Assembly (NCBI GenBank): GCA_965277805.1
Contig: OZ255842.1
Coordinates: forward strand, 3,008,001-3,072,000
Length of the DNA: 64,000 nt
Direction: 5' to 3'
From: Candidatus Lustribacter sp.
Lineage (GTDB): Bacteria > Vulcanimicrobiota > Vulcanimicrobiia > Vulcanimicrobiales > Vulcanimicrobiaceae
Part shown: positions 8,598 to 17,652 of the stretch, in pieces
How the letters are laid out: every line of letters starts with the position of its first letter
Numbering within the stretch: position 1 is the stretch's first letter
Notes under the pieces: generated by a model
Database searches by the model: none
Seen by the model: only the letters and a program-made list of their open reading frames with translations
What the model was told of the DNA's origin: nothing
Made by a program: the position numbers and the translations under genes

Positions 8598-10072
8598 GAC
8601 AGAACGGGCGAAGGCCGCGTACCGAGCCAGGTGGCGATGTCGGTCTTGGCGTCGACGTGCACGCCGTCGCGCAGTTCGCGCCGGAACTCACCGAACAGGC
8701 CGAAGGCCTCGGCAAACGCATCGTGCTTGTGGATCGATTCGTAGTTCACTTGCGTCGCGCTGATGAACGTGTCGTCGGGGAAATCCGCATACACGTCGAG
8801 CGCGCGCGCGAGGATGCCGCGCACGACGTCCTCGACGAACTTCGGATTCTGATGTGCTTTGTTGACGATGAAGAATTCGTCGGGCCGTTTGAGCAAGTCG
8901 TAGGTTTCGCTCGACATCGAGTTTTCGACGATCTCGACCAGATCTTCGGCGCGCAGGTGATCGGCGAATTCGCCGTCGGTGCCGATCAGCACCGAGCCGC
9001 GGCCGCGCTGGTTGTGGGTTGCCACCGGCAACGCATCGAGCGCGCGGTTCGCCTGTTCGGTCGTGAAGCCGGCCGCCTCGAGTTCGTGCAGCGAGTGTTC
9101 GCGCACCATCAACTGCGCGCACGGGCACGCGGTCATGCCCTCGGCCTCAATGCCGACCAGCCGCCGCGTGCGCGTCGCATCGGCGTGCGCGATCCCGACC
9201 AGCGTATACGTTTCTTCGGTGCGTTTGCCGCTGACCGGCGTCCAGCGTTCGAGCGCGAACTCCGCGCGCACGCGCACGTCGGCCCGGATCGCATCCTGCG
9301 AGGTGACGATCTCGCGCGCGATTTGCGCCACCAGATCCTCGACGCGCGCGGGACGATCGGGACGCCCGAGCACGTCGAGCGTCGCGGCTTCGAGCAGTTC
9401 GGAGAAACGCGACATGTGCACGCCGGCTTTGTCCGGGCGCAGGTCGGCGACCATCGTGAAGTCGGCGTTGAACACGCGCTCGGCGCCGCCGACGTTGAGC
9501 CGGATGATGTGCTTGACGCTCGAGACGCCGACGCGGTTGAGCGAGAGCCGCACGTCGGGTGCTTCTTCTTGCCGGTTGGCAAAGAAGTGCATCGCGCGGG
9601 CCTTGCGCGCGATACCGCGTACGTCTGCCGCATCGGCGATCTCGCGTATCGTCCGGCCGAGCCGCGGGTCGCGGTGCTCCGGGGCGATCTCGGCCAACGG
9701 CACGAGGTTGAACGGACGCGTCGCGATATAGCGATGCGGAACTTCGAAGCGGCCGAAGTCGGCCACCAGATCGTCGAAGTAGAGAATGTCGATGTCGATC
9801 GGGCGCGCGCTCAAGATCGCGGTCTGCTGCCGTCCAATCGCCACCTCGACCCCGCGCACGAACGTCTCGAACGCCTGCGCGTCGAGTTCGGTCGTGACAC
9901 GGGCGGCAACGTTGAGGAACGCCGGTCCCGCGACCCCGCCGGCCGGCGGCGTTTCGTAGTAGGACGACACGGCCTCGATGCGCGCTTGGCGGCGCAGCTT
10001 TTGCAGGGCACCGAGAATCGTGCCCTGGCGATCGCCGAGATTGGAGCCGAGGCCGATCAGGACGGAATGCAT
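8594..10072 (-). CDS. Fusion of FolK (HPPK) and archaeal-type GTP cyclohydrolase MptA (FolE2 family)
   Basis: N-terminal IGLGSNLGD, FLN, RPIDIDIL and PH; C-terminal RVGV, GVHMSRF, GMTACPCAQ, ATHNQRG, LLKRPDE, PKFVED and ESIHKHDA; ATG at 10072. Confidence 0.88.
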   Translation of the reverse strand: MHSVLIGLGSNLGDRQGTILGALQKLRRQARIEAVSSYYETPPAGGVAGPAFLNVAARVTTELDAQAFETFVRGVEVAIGRQQTAILSARPIDIDILYFDDLVADFGRFEVPHRYIATRPFNLVPLAEIAPEHRDPRLGRTIREIADAADVRGIARKARAMHFFANRQEEAPDVRLSLNRVGVSSVKHIIRLNVGGAERVFNADFTMVADLRPDKAGVHMSRFSELLEAATLDVLGRPDRPARVEDLVAQIAREIVTSQDAIRADVRVRAEFALERWTPVSGKRTEETYTLVGIAHADATRTRRLVGIEAEGMTACPCAQLMVREHSLHELEAAGFTTEQANRALDALPVATHNQRGRGSVLIGTDGEFADHLRAEDLVEIVENSMSSETYDLLKRPDEFFIVNKAHQNPKFVEDVVRGILARALDVYADFPDDTFISATQVNYESIHKHDAFAEAFGLFGEFRRELRDGVHVDAKTDIATWLGTRPSPVLS

Positions 10073-10079
10073 ACGCGGC

Positions 10080-10991
10080 TTAGACCGCCGCTGAAGCACC
10101 GGAGTTGCCGCCCGGCGTGCCCGGCATGACGTCGGCGAGATCGAGCGTCGCGCGCCGGCCCGGCGCGATCGCGGCGAACATCCGCGCCAGCTGCACGGTC
10201 TCTTCCACGTCGTGCACGCGCAGCAGCCGCGCGCCGGCGGCGATGCCGATCGCGGCCGTGGCGAGCGAGGGCACCAGCAACTCCTTGGCCGGCCGCCGGA
10301 AGATGCGCCCGATGAAGCTCTTGCGCGAGCTGGCGAAGAGAATCGGATAGCCGAGCTCGCGCAGTTCGCCGAACCGGTCGAGGATCTCGAGATCCGTGCG
10401 CGGTTCCTTGCCGAACTCGAGGCCCGGATCGATGACGATCGCATCGCGCCGCACGCCTGCCGCGATCGCGCGGTCGGTGCGCTCGCGCAAGAACGCGATG
10501 ATCTCGCGCATCACGTCGACGTAGGTGTAACCGGCCGGATCGCGGACGTTCAGTTCACCCTTGAGGTGCATCACCACGAGCGCCGCATCGTGTTTAGCCA
10601 CGACGCCGGCGAGATCCGGATCGGAGAGCCCGCTGCAATCGTTGATGATGTCGGCACCGGCAGCGAGGGCCGCATCGGCAACGCTCGCCTTGAACGTGTC
10701 GATCGAGATCGTCAGATCGATCCCGGCCGCGCGAATCGCTTCGACCGCCGGCACCACGCGCTCGCGTTCCTCATCGGCCGTGATGCGGCGGTTCCACGAC
10801 GCGTACGACTGGCCGCCCACGTCGACCAGCGCGCCGCCCGCCGCGGCAATCGCACGCGCCCGCGCGACGACGTCATCGAGTCCCGCCGCGCGATCGTAGA
10901 ATGAATCCGGGGTCACGTTGACGATCCCCATCACGCGGGCTTCGTCGCGCAGATCGAGCGTGCGATCCCGCAGACGTAAGGAGCCGGTCAG
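10080..10991 (-). CDS. folP: Dihydropteroate synthase
   Basis: MGIVNVTPDSF, SIDTFK, IINDCSG, DPGLEFGK, SRKSF and LRVHDV. Start uncertain: CTG 10991 by homology and overlap, or GTG/ATG 10934/10931. Confidence 0.92.
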   Translation of the reverse strand: MTGSLRLRDRTLDLRDEARVMGIVNVTPDSFYDRAAGLDDVVARARAIAAAGGALVDVGGQSYASWNRRITADEERERVVPAVEAIRAAGIDLTISIDTFKASVADAALAAGADIINDCSGLSDPDLAGVVAKHDAALVVMHLKGELNVRDPAGYTYVDVMREIIAFLRERTDRAIAAGVRRDAIVIDPGLEFGKEPRTDLEILDRFGELRELGYPILFASSRKSFIGRIFRRPAKELLVPSLATAAIGIAAGARLLRVHDVEETVQLARMFAAIAPGRRATLDLADVMPGTPGGNSGASAAV

Positions 10992-13804
10992 AGCGGCCGC
11001 GTCGAGCTGGGGTGAAGGCTCGTATCGATGCGCGACCGCAGATCGTCGATGTGCGCGCGCGTCGCAACATCGGTCGCTGCGCGGTAAGCAGCGTCGAGGC
11101 GGCCGCGTACCTGGCGCAACTCGTAGCGCGAAAGAGCTTGGATCTCGCGCGGCACGCCGAGCTGATCCATCGAACCGCTGCTCAGAAACGCGATCTGTAT
11201 TTCCAGATCGGCAAAGCGCCGCTGCAGATCCTGATGCGGGGCCGGGATCGTGTGGGCGCCGAGATCGTCGAACACCGCAGCATTCGTCCACTCGAAGAGA
11301 TCGGACAAGCTCATCGTCTGACCAGGGTGCGCTTCCTTGAGCGACTCGTTGGCGATGCGCGAGATGCTGGCCGGATTGAACAGTTCGGAGATCGCCGCAT
11401 CCTGGAGTTGGGCCACGACCTCGCGGATCGGGAAATCGGTACGCCGGATCCCGCCCGTGCTCCAATCGGCGCCGTAACGAATCGGCGAAACGTCGTTGAG
11501 CAGCTCCGGCGAATATTTCAGCGCGTGCGAGGAAAGCACGTAGCGGTCGATCAGATCGAACGCCTTGCGCTGCTCGGCGCGCGGAATCGCGCTGAACGGC
11601 GGCAAGCCGCCGGGCTGTCCGCGATGCGAGCGCGAAGTGTACACGCCGCCCACGTAACGCGCCGCCATCGAAATGTTGGCGAGGTCGTTATTGAGCACGC
11701 TGATCAGCGTTTGGCGCAAATCCTGATAGCTGCGCGAATCGCCTTTATACGGGTGGGTCAGTTTCGCGGCGAGGTCGTCGTCGATGCGGAACTGGTCGCG
11801 GGCAAAGGCCAGCGGATCGTTCGAGAGGTCGAAGCGCTGGATGCGCGGATCGACCGCGTACGGATCGATCGTATCCTCATCGGTCCCGTAGGCCAGGCCC
11901 GGTTCGGTCGAACGCGCGGCGATCTTGTGCAGGTACGGCTGTTCCGCATCCGAGCTGTGCTGGTGGAGCGGCGAGTAGCCGTACGCGATCGCCCAATAGT
12001 CGTACGGACCGAGCTGGTTCGGAAAGTAGTCCGCTTGCCGCTCGCCGGGCGCGGCGATATTGGCCGGCGTGTAGTCCATCACCGAGCCCGTCGTGCCGTG
12101 CTCGTGCGTGAACGCGGGGTCGTGCAGCTCGGCGTACGTGAACGCCGTCGAGCCTTCGAAGTTGTGGCGCAAACCGAGCGTGTGCCCGACCTCGTGCATC
12201 ACGGTCGAATACAGGAAGGCTTGCGCATACGCTTCGCGCTTGGCGACGGTGCCGTGCTGCTGACCGATCAGCATCTCCATGCCGAGCGCGGCCTGATTCG
12301 CTTCGCTCTCTTCCGCATCGCACGTCATGTCGCCGGAAGTCATGAAGTCGTTGGTGGTCTCGGTCACGGTTGGTTGAAGCTGGTTCATCGCTTCGAACGC
12401 GTTGCGTTTGATCTGCAACACCGGCAACACGCGGTCCACGTAGCCGCGGCGCACCGCGCGCATCGATTCGCCGTCGACGACCACCTCGGTGCGGATGATC
12501 TGACCGGTATCGGGGTCGGAAACGTGCGGGCTGAGCGCGACGAAATCGGGCGCGTCCGACGTAATCCACCGTACGCTGTTGTAGCGCGCATCTTCGGGAT
12601 CGAACTTGGGATCGGTGGGCGGATCGTTCACGACGATCGCGTGCGGGTAGCCGATTCTGGCGAACGCCGCATTCCAGGCCAAGATCCCGCGCCGCACGGT
12701 GTTGCGGTAGATCGGCGGGATTTCGTTGGTCAACGTGAAGACGATCGGGCCGGCATCGAGATTCCAGCGATCGATGAACCGTTGCGTCGGCAGCGTCGAG
12801 ACGTCGTTGCCGAAATGCTTGCGCGCGGTGATGAAGTAGCCGACGCGGTCGTCGGCATAGCGTGGAACGTAGTTGGGATCGTGCGCGGGCGGCGCTACGA
12901 TGCTGTAGTGCACGACGAGCGGAATGCCGCGGCCGTCGGGCACGGTGGGCAGCGCGGCGGCCGGACCGTTGAAGGTCAGGTTGACCGAGATCTCGTCGTT
13001 GAGCGGAAAGCCCTTCGTACTCAGGTAGTACGACTTCGTTGCGTCGACGCTGAACGACGGCCGCACGCTGATTATCAGTAAGCCCGGCAACGACGGCGGC
13101 GCGGCGACGCTCTTGCCGAGATCGGTTCCGATGCCTTCGAAGTCCGAGAGAAAGATCGTCGGTTCGATGACGACGTGCGACTTATCGGGATCTTCCGCGA
13201 TGACCGGCGTCGCCTGAATCACCGAGTCGGCAACGCTCACGGCGAGCGACGCGGCCGCCGACGTTCCCTTGTCGGCAATGTAGTGCGTATTCGGCGTAAC
13301 CCACATCACGCGTTTGCCGACGCGCTTGAAAATCACGACCAGCGGATCGTACACGCGGCCGGCAAAAGCGTCGCCGCCGACGCCGCTCGTGATCGACGGC
13401 AAGATGATGAACGGCTTGCCGAAGTCCGCGGGCTTGAGGTCGAGATAGAGCTGATCGTCCTTGCGCACGAAGTCGATGACGCCGTCCTGGTGCTCGGCGC
13501 CTCGCATGAACGCCGCATAGCTCTGCGTGGGCGCGGCACTGGCACCGCCGAGGGGGACGAGCGCGCGCAAGACCGACGGAAAGTTCGTAATCCCGGCGGG
13601 CGGTGCCGAGCCGGACGGGGAGGCCGCGACGCTCGGCTCGACGCGCGGCGGCGAGGGCAGCGGACCGGTGGAGGCGCTAGCGGCCGGCGAGGGCGACGCG
13701 ACGACCGGGGCGACGTCCTCCGGGGCGCCGAGACCAGCCAGAGCAAGCCCTAGGCTCGTCCCGACCAAGGCCAAGAATCCGACGACCAAACGACGCGCGA
13801 CCAT
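10988..13804 (-). CDS. Secreted zinc-dependent metalloprotease (DUF5117/DUF5118/DUF4953, EcxA-like metzincin)
   Basis: Signal peptide, Pro/Ser linker, PRYADDRVGYF, HEVGHTLGLRH, Met-turn SVMDY and GPYDYWAI. Confidence 0.87.
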   Translation of the reverse strand: MVARRLVVGFLALVGTSLGLALAGLGAPEDVAPVVASPSPAASASTGPLPSPPRVEPSVAASPSGSAPPAGITNFPSVLRALVPLGGASAAPTQSYAAFMRGAEHQDGVIDFVRKDDQLYLDLKPADFGKPFIILPSITSGVGGDAFAGRVYDPLVVIFKRVGKRVMWVTPNTHYIADKGTSAAASLAVSVADSVIQATPVIAEDPDKSHVVIEPTIFLSDFEGIGTDLGKSVAAPPSLPGLLIISVRPSFSVDATKSYYLSTKGFPLNDEISVNLTFNGPAAALPTVPDGRGIPLVVHYSIVAPPAHDPNYVPRYADDRVGYFITARKHFGNDVSTLPTQRFIDRWNLDAGPIVFTLTNEIPPIYRNTVRRGILAWNAAFARIGYPHAIVVNDPPTDPKFDPEDARYNSVRWITSDAPDFVALSPHVSDPDTGQIIRTEVVVDGESMRAVRRGYVDRVLPVLQIKRNAFEAMNQLQPTVTETTNDFMTSGDMTCDAEESEANQAALGMEMLIGQQHGTVAKREAYAQAFLYSTVMHEVGHTLGLRHNFEGSTAFTYAELHDPAFTHEHGTTGSVMDYTPANIAAPGERQADYFPNQLGPYDYWAIAYGYSPLHQHSSDAEQPYLHKIAARSTEPGLAYGTDEDTIDPYAVDPRIQRFDLSNDPLAFARDQFRIDDDLAAKLTHPYKGDSRSYQDLRQTLISVLNNDLANISMAARYVGGVYTSRSHRGQPGGLPPFSAIPRAEQRKAFDLIDRYVLSSHALKYSPELLNDVSPIRYGADWSTGGIRRTDFPIREVVAQLQDAAISELFNPASISRIANESLKEAHPGQTMSLSDLFEWTNAAVFDDLGAHTIPAPHQDLQRRFADLEIQIAFLSSGSMDQLGVPREIQALSRYELRQVRGRLDAAYRAATDVATRAHIDDLRSRIDTSLHPSSTRPL

Positions 13805-13869
13805 CTGTCTCTATTTTATCGGCCTAAAACTCCAGCCTGCGCAGTCCGGGCGGAAACTTTCCAATTAAC

Positions 13870-14808
13870 CTAACCGACGAGCGTCAGCCAATTCCCAGGA
13901 GCCGGGCGGTTGCCTCGCACGATGTCCGAGTACGTGGTGCGCAAACGGTCGGTGATCGGACGCTCTTCCGGCATGATGCGGCTGTCGATGCGCACGATCG
14001 GCACGACTTCCGCCGCGGTACCGGTGAAGAACGCTTCATCGCACGTCTCGAGATCGGCGCGCGTCAACGTGCGAACGTTCGAGGGGATGCCGAGCTCGCG
14101 CGCGATGTCGAGCACCGAACCGCGCGTGATGCCTTCGAGAATATCGGATCCGCCGTCGTTCGTCGTCAACACGCCGTCGCAAATGACAAAGATGTTTTCG
14201 CCGCTGCCTTCGGCGACGTTGCCGCGATCGTTGAGCAAGATCGCTTCGTCGAAACCGCGTGCCAGCGCATCGGAGAGCGCGAGGATCGAATTCGTATAGT
14301 GGCCGCCGGCTTTCACCCACGACGGCAATGCGGCCGACGGCGACTTCATGATCGGTGAAACGGTCGCCGCGCAGCGCGGCGCTTCTTCACCCTTGATCAA
14401 ACCGCTGAACGGCAGCACCGCCACGAGCACGTGCGTTTCGCAGACGTGTGCCGGCGCGAGACGCACCGTGTCGCCGCCGTAGAACGCGAGCGGCCGGATG
14501 TAGGCCGCATCGCGTCCGCTCGCCTTTGCTACCTCGACGATGATCTCGCAGAAACGTTGCGCCGGATACGGCATCTCCAATCCGTAGGTGCGCGCACCGC
14601 GATAGAGGCGGTCGACGTGATCTTGCAAGCGGAAAATCGCCGGACCGCGCGGCGTCGGATAGAGCCGGATTCCTTCGAACACGCTCGACCCGTAATGCAG
14701 CGCGTGGGTGAGGCCGTGGATGGCAACGGACGCGTCGGGTTGCAGCTGCCCATCGAACCAGACAGTGGTGGCTTCGTCAAGTGAGGCCGGCGGTGGGGTC
14801 GTCTGCAT
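13870..14808 (-). CDS. ilvE: Branched-chain amino acid aminotransferase (class IV PLP)
   Basis: ALHYGSSVFEGIR, YIRP, KAGGHY, EGSGENIF, ILEGITR and TGTAAEV. Confidence 0.9.
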   Translation of the reverse strand: MQTTPPPASLDEATTVWFDGQLQPDASVAIHGLTHALHYGSSVFEGIRLYPTPRGPAIFRLQDHVDRLYRGARTYGLEMPYPAQRFCEIIVEVAKASGRDAAYIRPLAFYGGDTVRLAPAHVCETHVLVAVLPFSGLIKGEEAPRCAATVSPIMKSPSAALPSWVKAGGHYTNSILALSDALARGFDEAILLNDRGNVAEGSGENIFVICDGVLTTNDGGSDILEGITRGSVLDIARELGIPSNVRTLTRADLETCDEAFFTGTAAEVVPIVRIDSRIMPEERPITDRLRTTYSDIVRGNRPAPGNWLTLVG

Positions 14809-14839
14809 TTCGCGAACGTAACATGCGCTACGTCCTCGG

Positions 14840-17245
14840 TCAAGGGCTCGAGCGCCGCCAGCGCGCACGAACCGTCGTTCCGCCGGCGGGAACGGCTTCG
14901 ATCGTCATCTCGTCGGCCAGCTGTTGCACGAGGTGCAAACCGCGCCCGCTCTCGGCCAATCCTTCGGGTGCGTGCAATGCCGGGTGCATGCCCGGGCCGT
15001 GATCGCTCACGCTGAGTTCGGTGCCGTCGCGGGTTGCGATCAGGCGCACCTCGAGCGGTCCGGACGCATGCCGGACGACGTTGGAGAACAGCTCGCCGAA
15101 AGCGAGTTCGCCCGCATGCCGGTACGCGTCGTTGCCCGTCCACGCGGCGACCAGCGCGCCGACTTCATGCCGCACCAGCACGGCGGTGCTCTCGTCGCTG
15201 GACGAAAACTTCCAGCCGCGCATTTCGTCATATGCGCGTTCCGGTAATGCGCGAATCGTCGCGGTGAGGATCGCGATGTCGTCGGTGGCCTGATCGTCGC
15301 CCAACACGCGCTGCATGATCGTGGCGGCGATCCCTTCGCTCACGCCGTTCAGCGAAACGATCGCGTTATCGAGACGCCGCTCGCCCTCGGCCAAATCGCG
15401 CCCGAACTCGATCAGGCCGTCGGTATAGAGCACGATCGTGCACGCAGGCGGCAACGCCAGCGAAAAATCCACGCCTTCGCCGTCGCGCAGACCGATCGGC
15501 AGCCCCGATCCCGACAAGCGCTGCAAGGTGTGGCCGTCGTAGACGACCGGTGAGGGATGACCGGCCGTCGCGTATTCGAACGCGCCGGTTCGCGGATCCA
15601 ACACACCGTACACGGCCGTGACGAACACGGACCGGCCGCTGACAACGAGCAGCCGGCTCGCGTGATCGAGAATCTGCGATGGAGCCGCGTCCTCGAACAT
15701 CGCAACGGCGCGCAAACTCTGACGAATCTCGCCCATGATCACCGCGGCCTCGAGACCGTGCCCGGTGACGTCGCCGATCGTCAGCGCGACGCGCCCGTTC
15801 GGCAGCATGAACGCGTCGTAGAAATCACCGCCGACGCGGCGCGATTCGCTCGCCGCCGAGTAGCTCGCCGAAAACGCGACGTTCTCGAGACGCGGCAGCA
15901 CGGCCGGCAGCACCGCGCGCTGAAACGAGTCGGCCGTCGTACGCTCGACCTGATAGCGGCGGGCGTGGTCGAGCGCGAGCGCCGCGCGGCGCCCGAAGTC
16001 ACTCGCGATGGCGATGTGCTCGACGTCGGGATGGGCCGGATCGGCGTAGACGAGCGTCAGGGTGCCGAGCGGCGCATCGCCGCTCACCAGCGGCACCACC
16101 ATCGCGCGGCCACCGAGCGCCGGCGCACCCAGCAGTTCCAGATCGCCTTCGATCACCGGCTCACCGCCGGCCAGCACTTCGGCCAGCCGCGCGGCGCCCG
16201 GCGCGCCGTCGAAACGGCCGTTTTCGCCGACGAGATCGACGCGCGACCAGCCGACGATCGTGCCGGCGAGCACGTCGCTGATCGTTGCGACCGTCGTCTG
16301 GAGATCGAGCGAAGCCGAAAGCCGGTTTCCGGCAGCGGCGAGAAACGCCGCCCGCTCGCGCGTGCGCCGCTCGAGCGAGCGATAACGCTGCTCGCCCTCG
16401 GCATTGCGGCTGGCGAGCCGCACGATCAAATCGTTGATCTTGACCAAAAAGACAGCCAAGATCACGGACGCGCCGACGAAGACGAACGAACGGCCGCTGT
16501 ACCACCCGAGCGAATATCGCGAGCCCGAAAACACGCTGTTGACCATCGTCTGGCAGAAGTACAACAATGCCACGACCAGCAGCCAAACCTGCGTCACCGT
16601 ACGCATGCCGCTCGTGGCCAGCATCAGCATGGCGATCAATGCGGTGATGACGTTGAGCGGCAGTAGCCAACGATTGAAGAACGCGCTCGTGTGCACGCCC
16701 GTTGCCAATTCCGGCAGCGGCGCCGCGACTGCGACGGCGACGAGGAGCGCGAGCAACACCGCCACGCCGCCCGCGAGCCGGCGGACTTGCGCGCGCCCGG
16801 TCGACCAGCCGAAGCGGTCCGCGAGCGCGAACGCGATCAAGAACGCGCCGAAAAGCTCGCGCTCGAACACCGAGAGCCACGGCGCGGTCTGCGGCGTCGC
16901 ATGCAGCAATCCGGTTGCCGAGAAGACGCCCGGAAACGTGAGCATGAAGCCGAGCGTGAGGACGGCCGTCGACGCGTACGCGAGCGAGAGAACCGCAAGC
17001 TGCAACTGCCGCGCGACGCGATACTGCACGTAGAAGAGCAGCGCCGTCAGAATCTGCGCGAACACAGCCGCGCTGAGCACCGCCGGAACGAATGCCGTCG
17101 TCGGTGCGTATTGGAGTCCGCTGAACGGAACGAGCGCGATGAACGCAACGAGTATGCCGCCGGCGACCCACGTGGCTACGATGCGGTCTTTCCGGGAAGC
17201 CGGAGCCGTCGCGATGTTTTCCATCGCGCGGACGTCAAACGCCAT
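14840..17245 (-). CDS. Membrane sensor phosphatase: MASE4 + GAF + SpoIIE/PP2C + RsbW-like HATPase
   Basis: About 8 TM helices ending RYSLGWY; VGGDFYD, IGDVTGHG, AGHP, YTDGL and DDIAIL; C-terminal ELFSNVVRH, DHGPG and ESGRGL. Confidence 0.88.
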   Translation of the reverse strand: MAFDVRAMENIATAPASRKDRIVATWVAGGILVAFIALVPFSGLQYAPTTAFVPAVLSAAVFAQILTALLFYVQYRVARQLQLAVLSLAYASTAVLTLGFMLTFPGVFSATGLLHATPQTAPWLSVFERELFGAFLIAFALADRFGWSTGRAQVRRLAGGVAVLLALLVAVAVAAPLPELATGVHTSAFFNRWLLPLNVITALIAMLMLATSGMRTVTQVWLLVVALLYFCQTMVNSVFSGSRYSLGWYSGRSFVFVGASVILAVFLVKINDLIVRLASRNAEGEQRYRSLERRTRERAAFLAAAGNRLSASLDLQTTVATISDVLAGTIVGWSRVDLVGENGRFDGAPGAARLAEVLAGGEPVIEGDLELLGAPALGGRAMVVPLVSGDAPLGTLTLVYADPAHPDVEHIAIASDFGRRAALALDHARRYQVERTTADSFQRAVLPAVLPRLENVAFSASYSAASESRRVGGDFYDAFMLPNGRVALTIGDVTGHGLEAAVIMGEIRQSLRAVAMFEDAAPSQILDHASRLLVVSGRSVFVTAVYGVLDPRTGAFEYATAGHPSPVVYDGHTLQRLSGSGLPIGLRDGEGVDFSLALPPACTIVLYTDGLIEFGRDLAEGERRLDNAIVSLNGVSEGIAATIMQRVLGDDQATDDIAILTATIRALPERAYDEMRGWKFSSSDESTAVLVRHEVGALVAAWTGNDAYRHAGELAFGELFSNVVRHASGPLEVRLIATRDGTELSVSDHGPGMHPALHAPEGLAESGRGLHLVQQLADEMTIEAVPAGGTTVRARWRRSSP

Positions 17246-17315
17246 CGCGCTATCTTCGCGTTACGGCAGGCTTACCATCGCACGCCTCGCGGCGTGCTCC
17301 AGAGGTACGAGCGGC

Positions 17316-17519
17316 CTAGCCTGCGAGCGAGAACGTCGCGGCGTGCTTAGCGCACGGCTTGCAGACGTAATCGGTGCCCGTGCCCTCGGCGCGGCAACCG
17401 CAGTTCCAGCTCAACTTATAGGTCATGATCGTCGCGCCGGCGACCGAGTCCATCTCCATCGATGACGGCTCACCTAAACGTGAGTTCAACAGGGAGGACG
17501 TCGTGCGGACCGTTGTCAT
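17316..17519 (-). CDS. Small Cys/His-rich protein (67 aa), possibly metal-binding
   Basis: SD-like AAGGA before ATG 17519; W-x-CGC...C-x-x-C-x-x-H. Confidence 0.6.
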   Translation of the reverse strand: MTTVRTTSSLLNSRLGEPSSMEMDSVAGATIMTYKLSWNCGCRAEGTGTDYVCKPCAKHAATFSLAG

Positions 17520-17652
17520 GTCTTCCTTAGGTTGGCACGAAACGCAGCCGGTTTCAAGCCCTTTACTGAGGCTTGATTGACGAGCGCCCGGCCGCTTGGA
17601 CAATCAGCCGGAGAGCCGGCCCCGGACTCGACAAAAGGCGGAGGTTTTTTCG

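Noticed and set aside
11012-13081. 689-aa plus-strand ORF and similar long antisense ORFs (8657, 17596, 18539, 50295)
   Set aside because: Mirror frames of well-supported genes with no recognisable motifs
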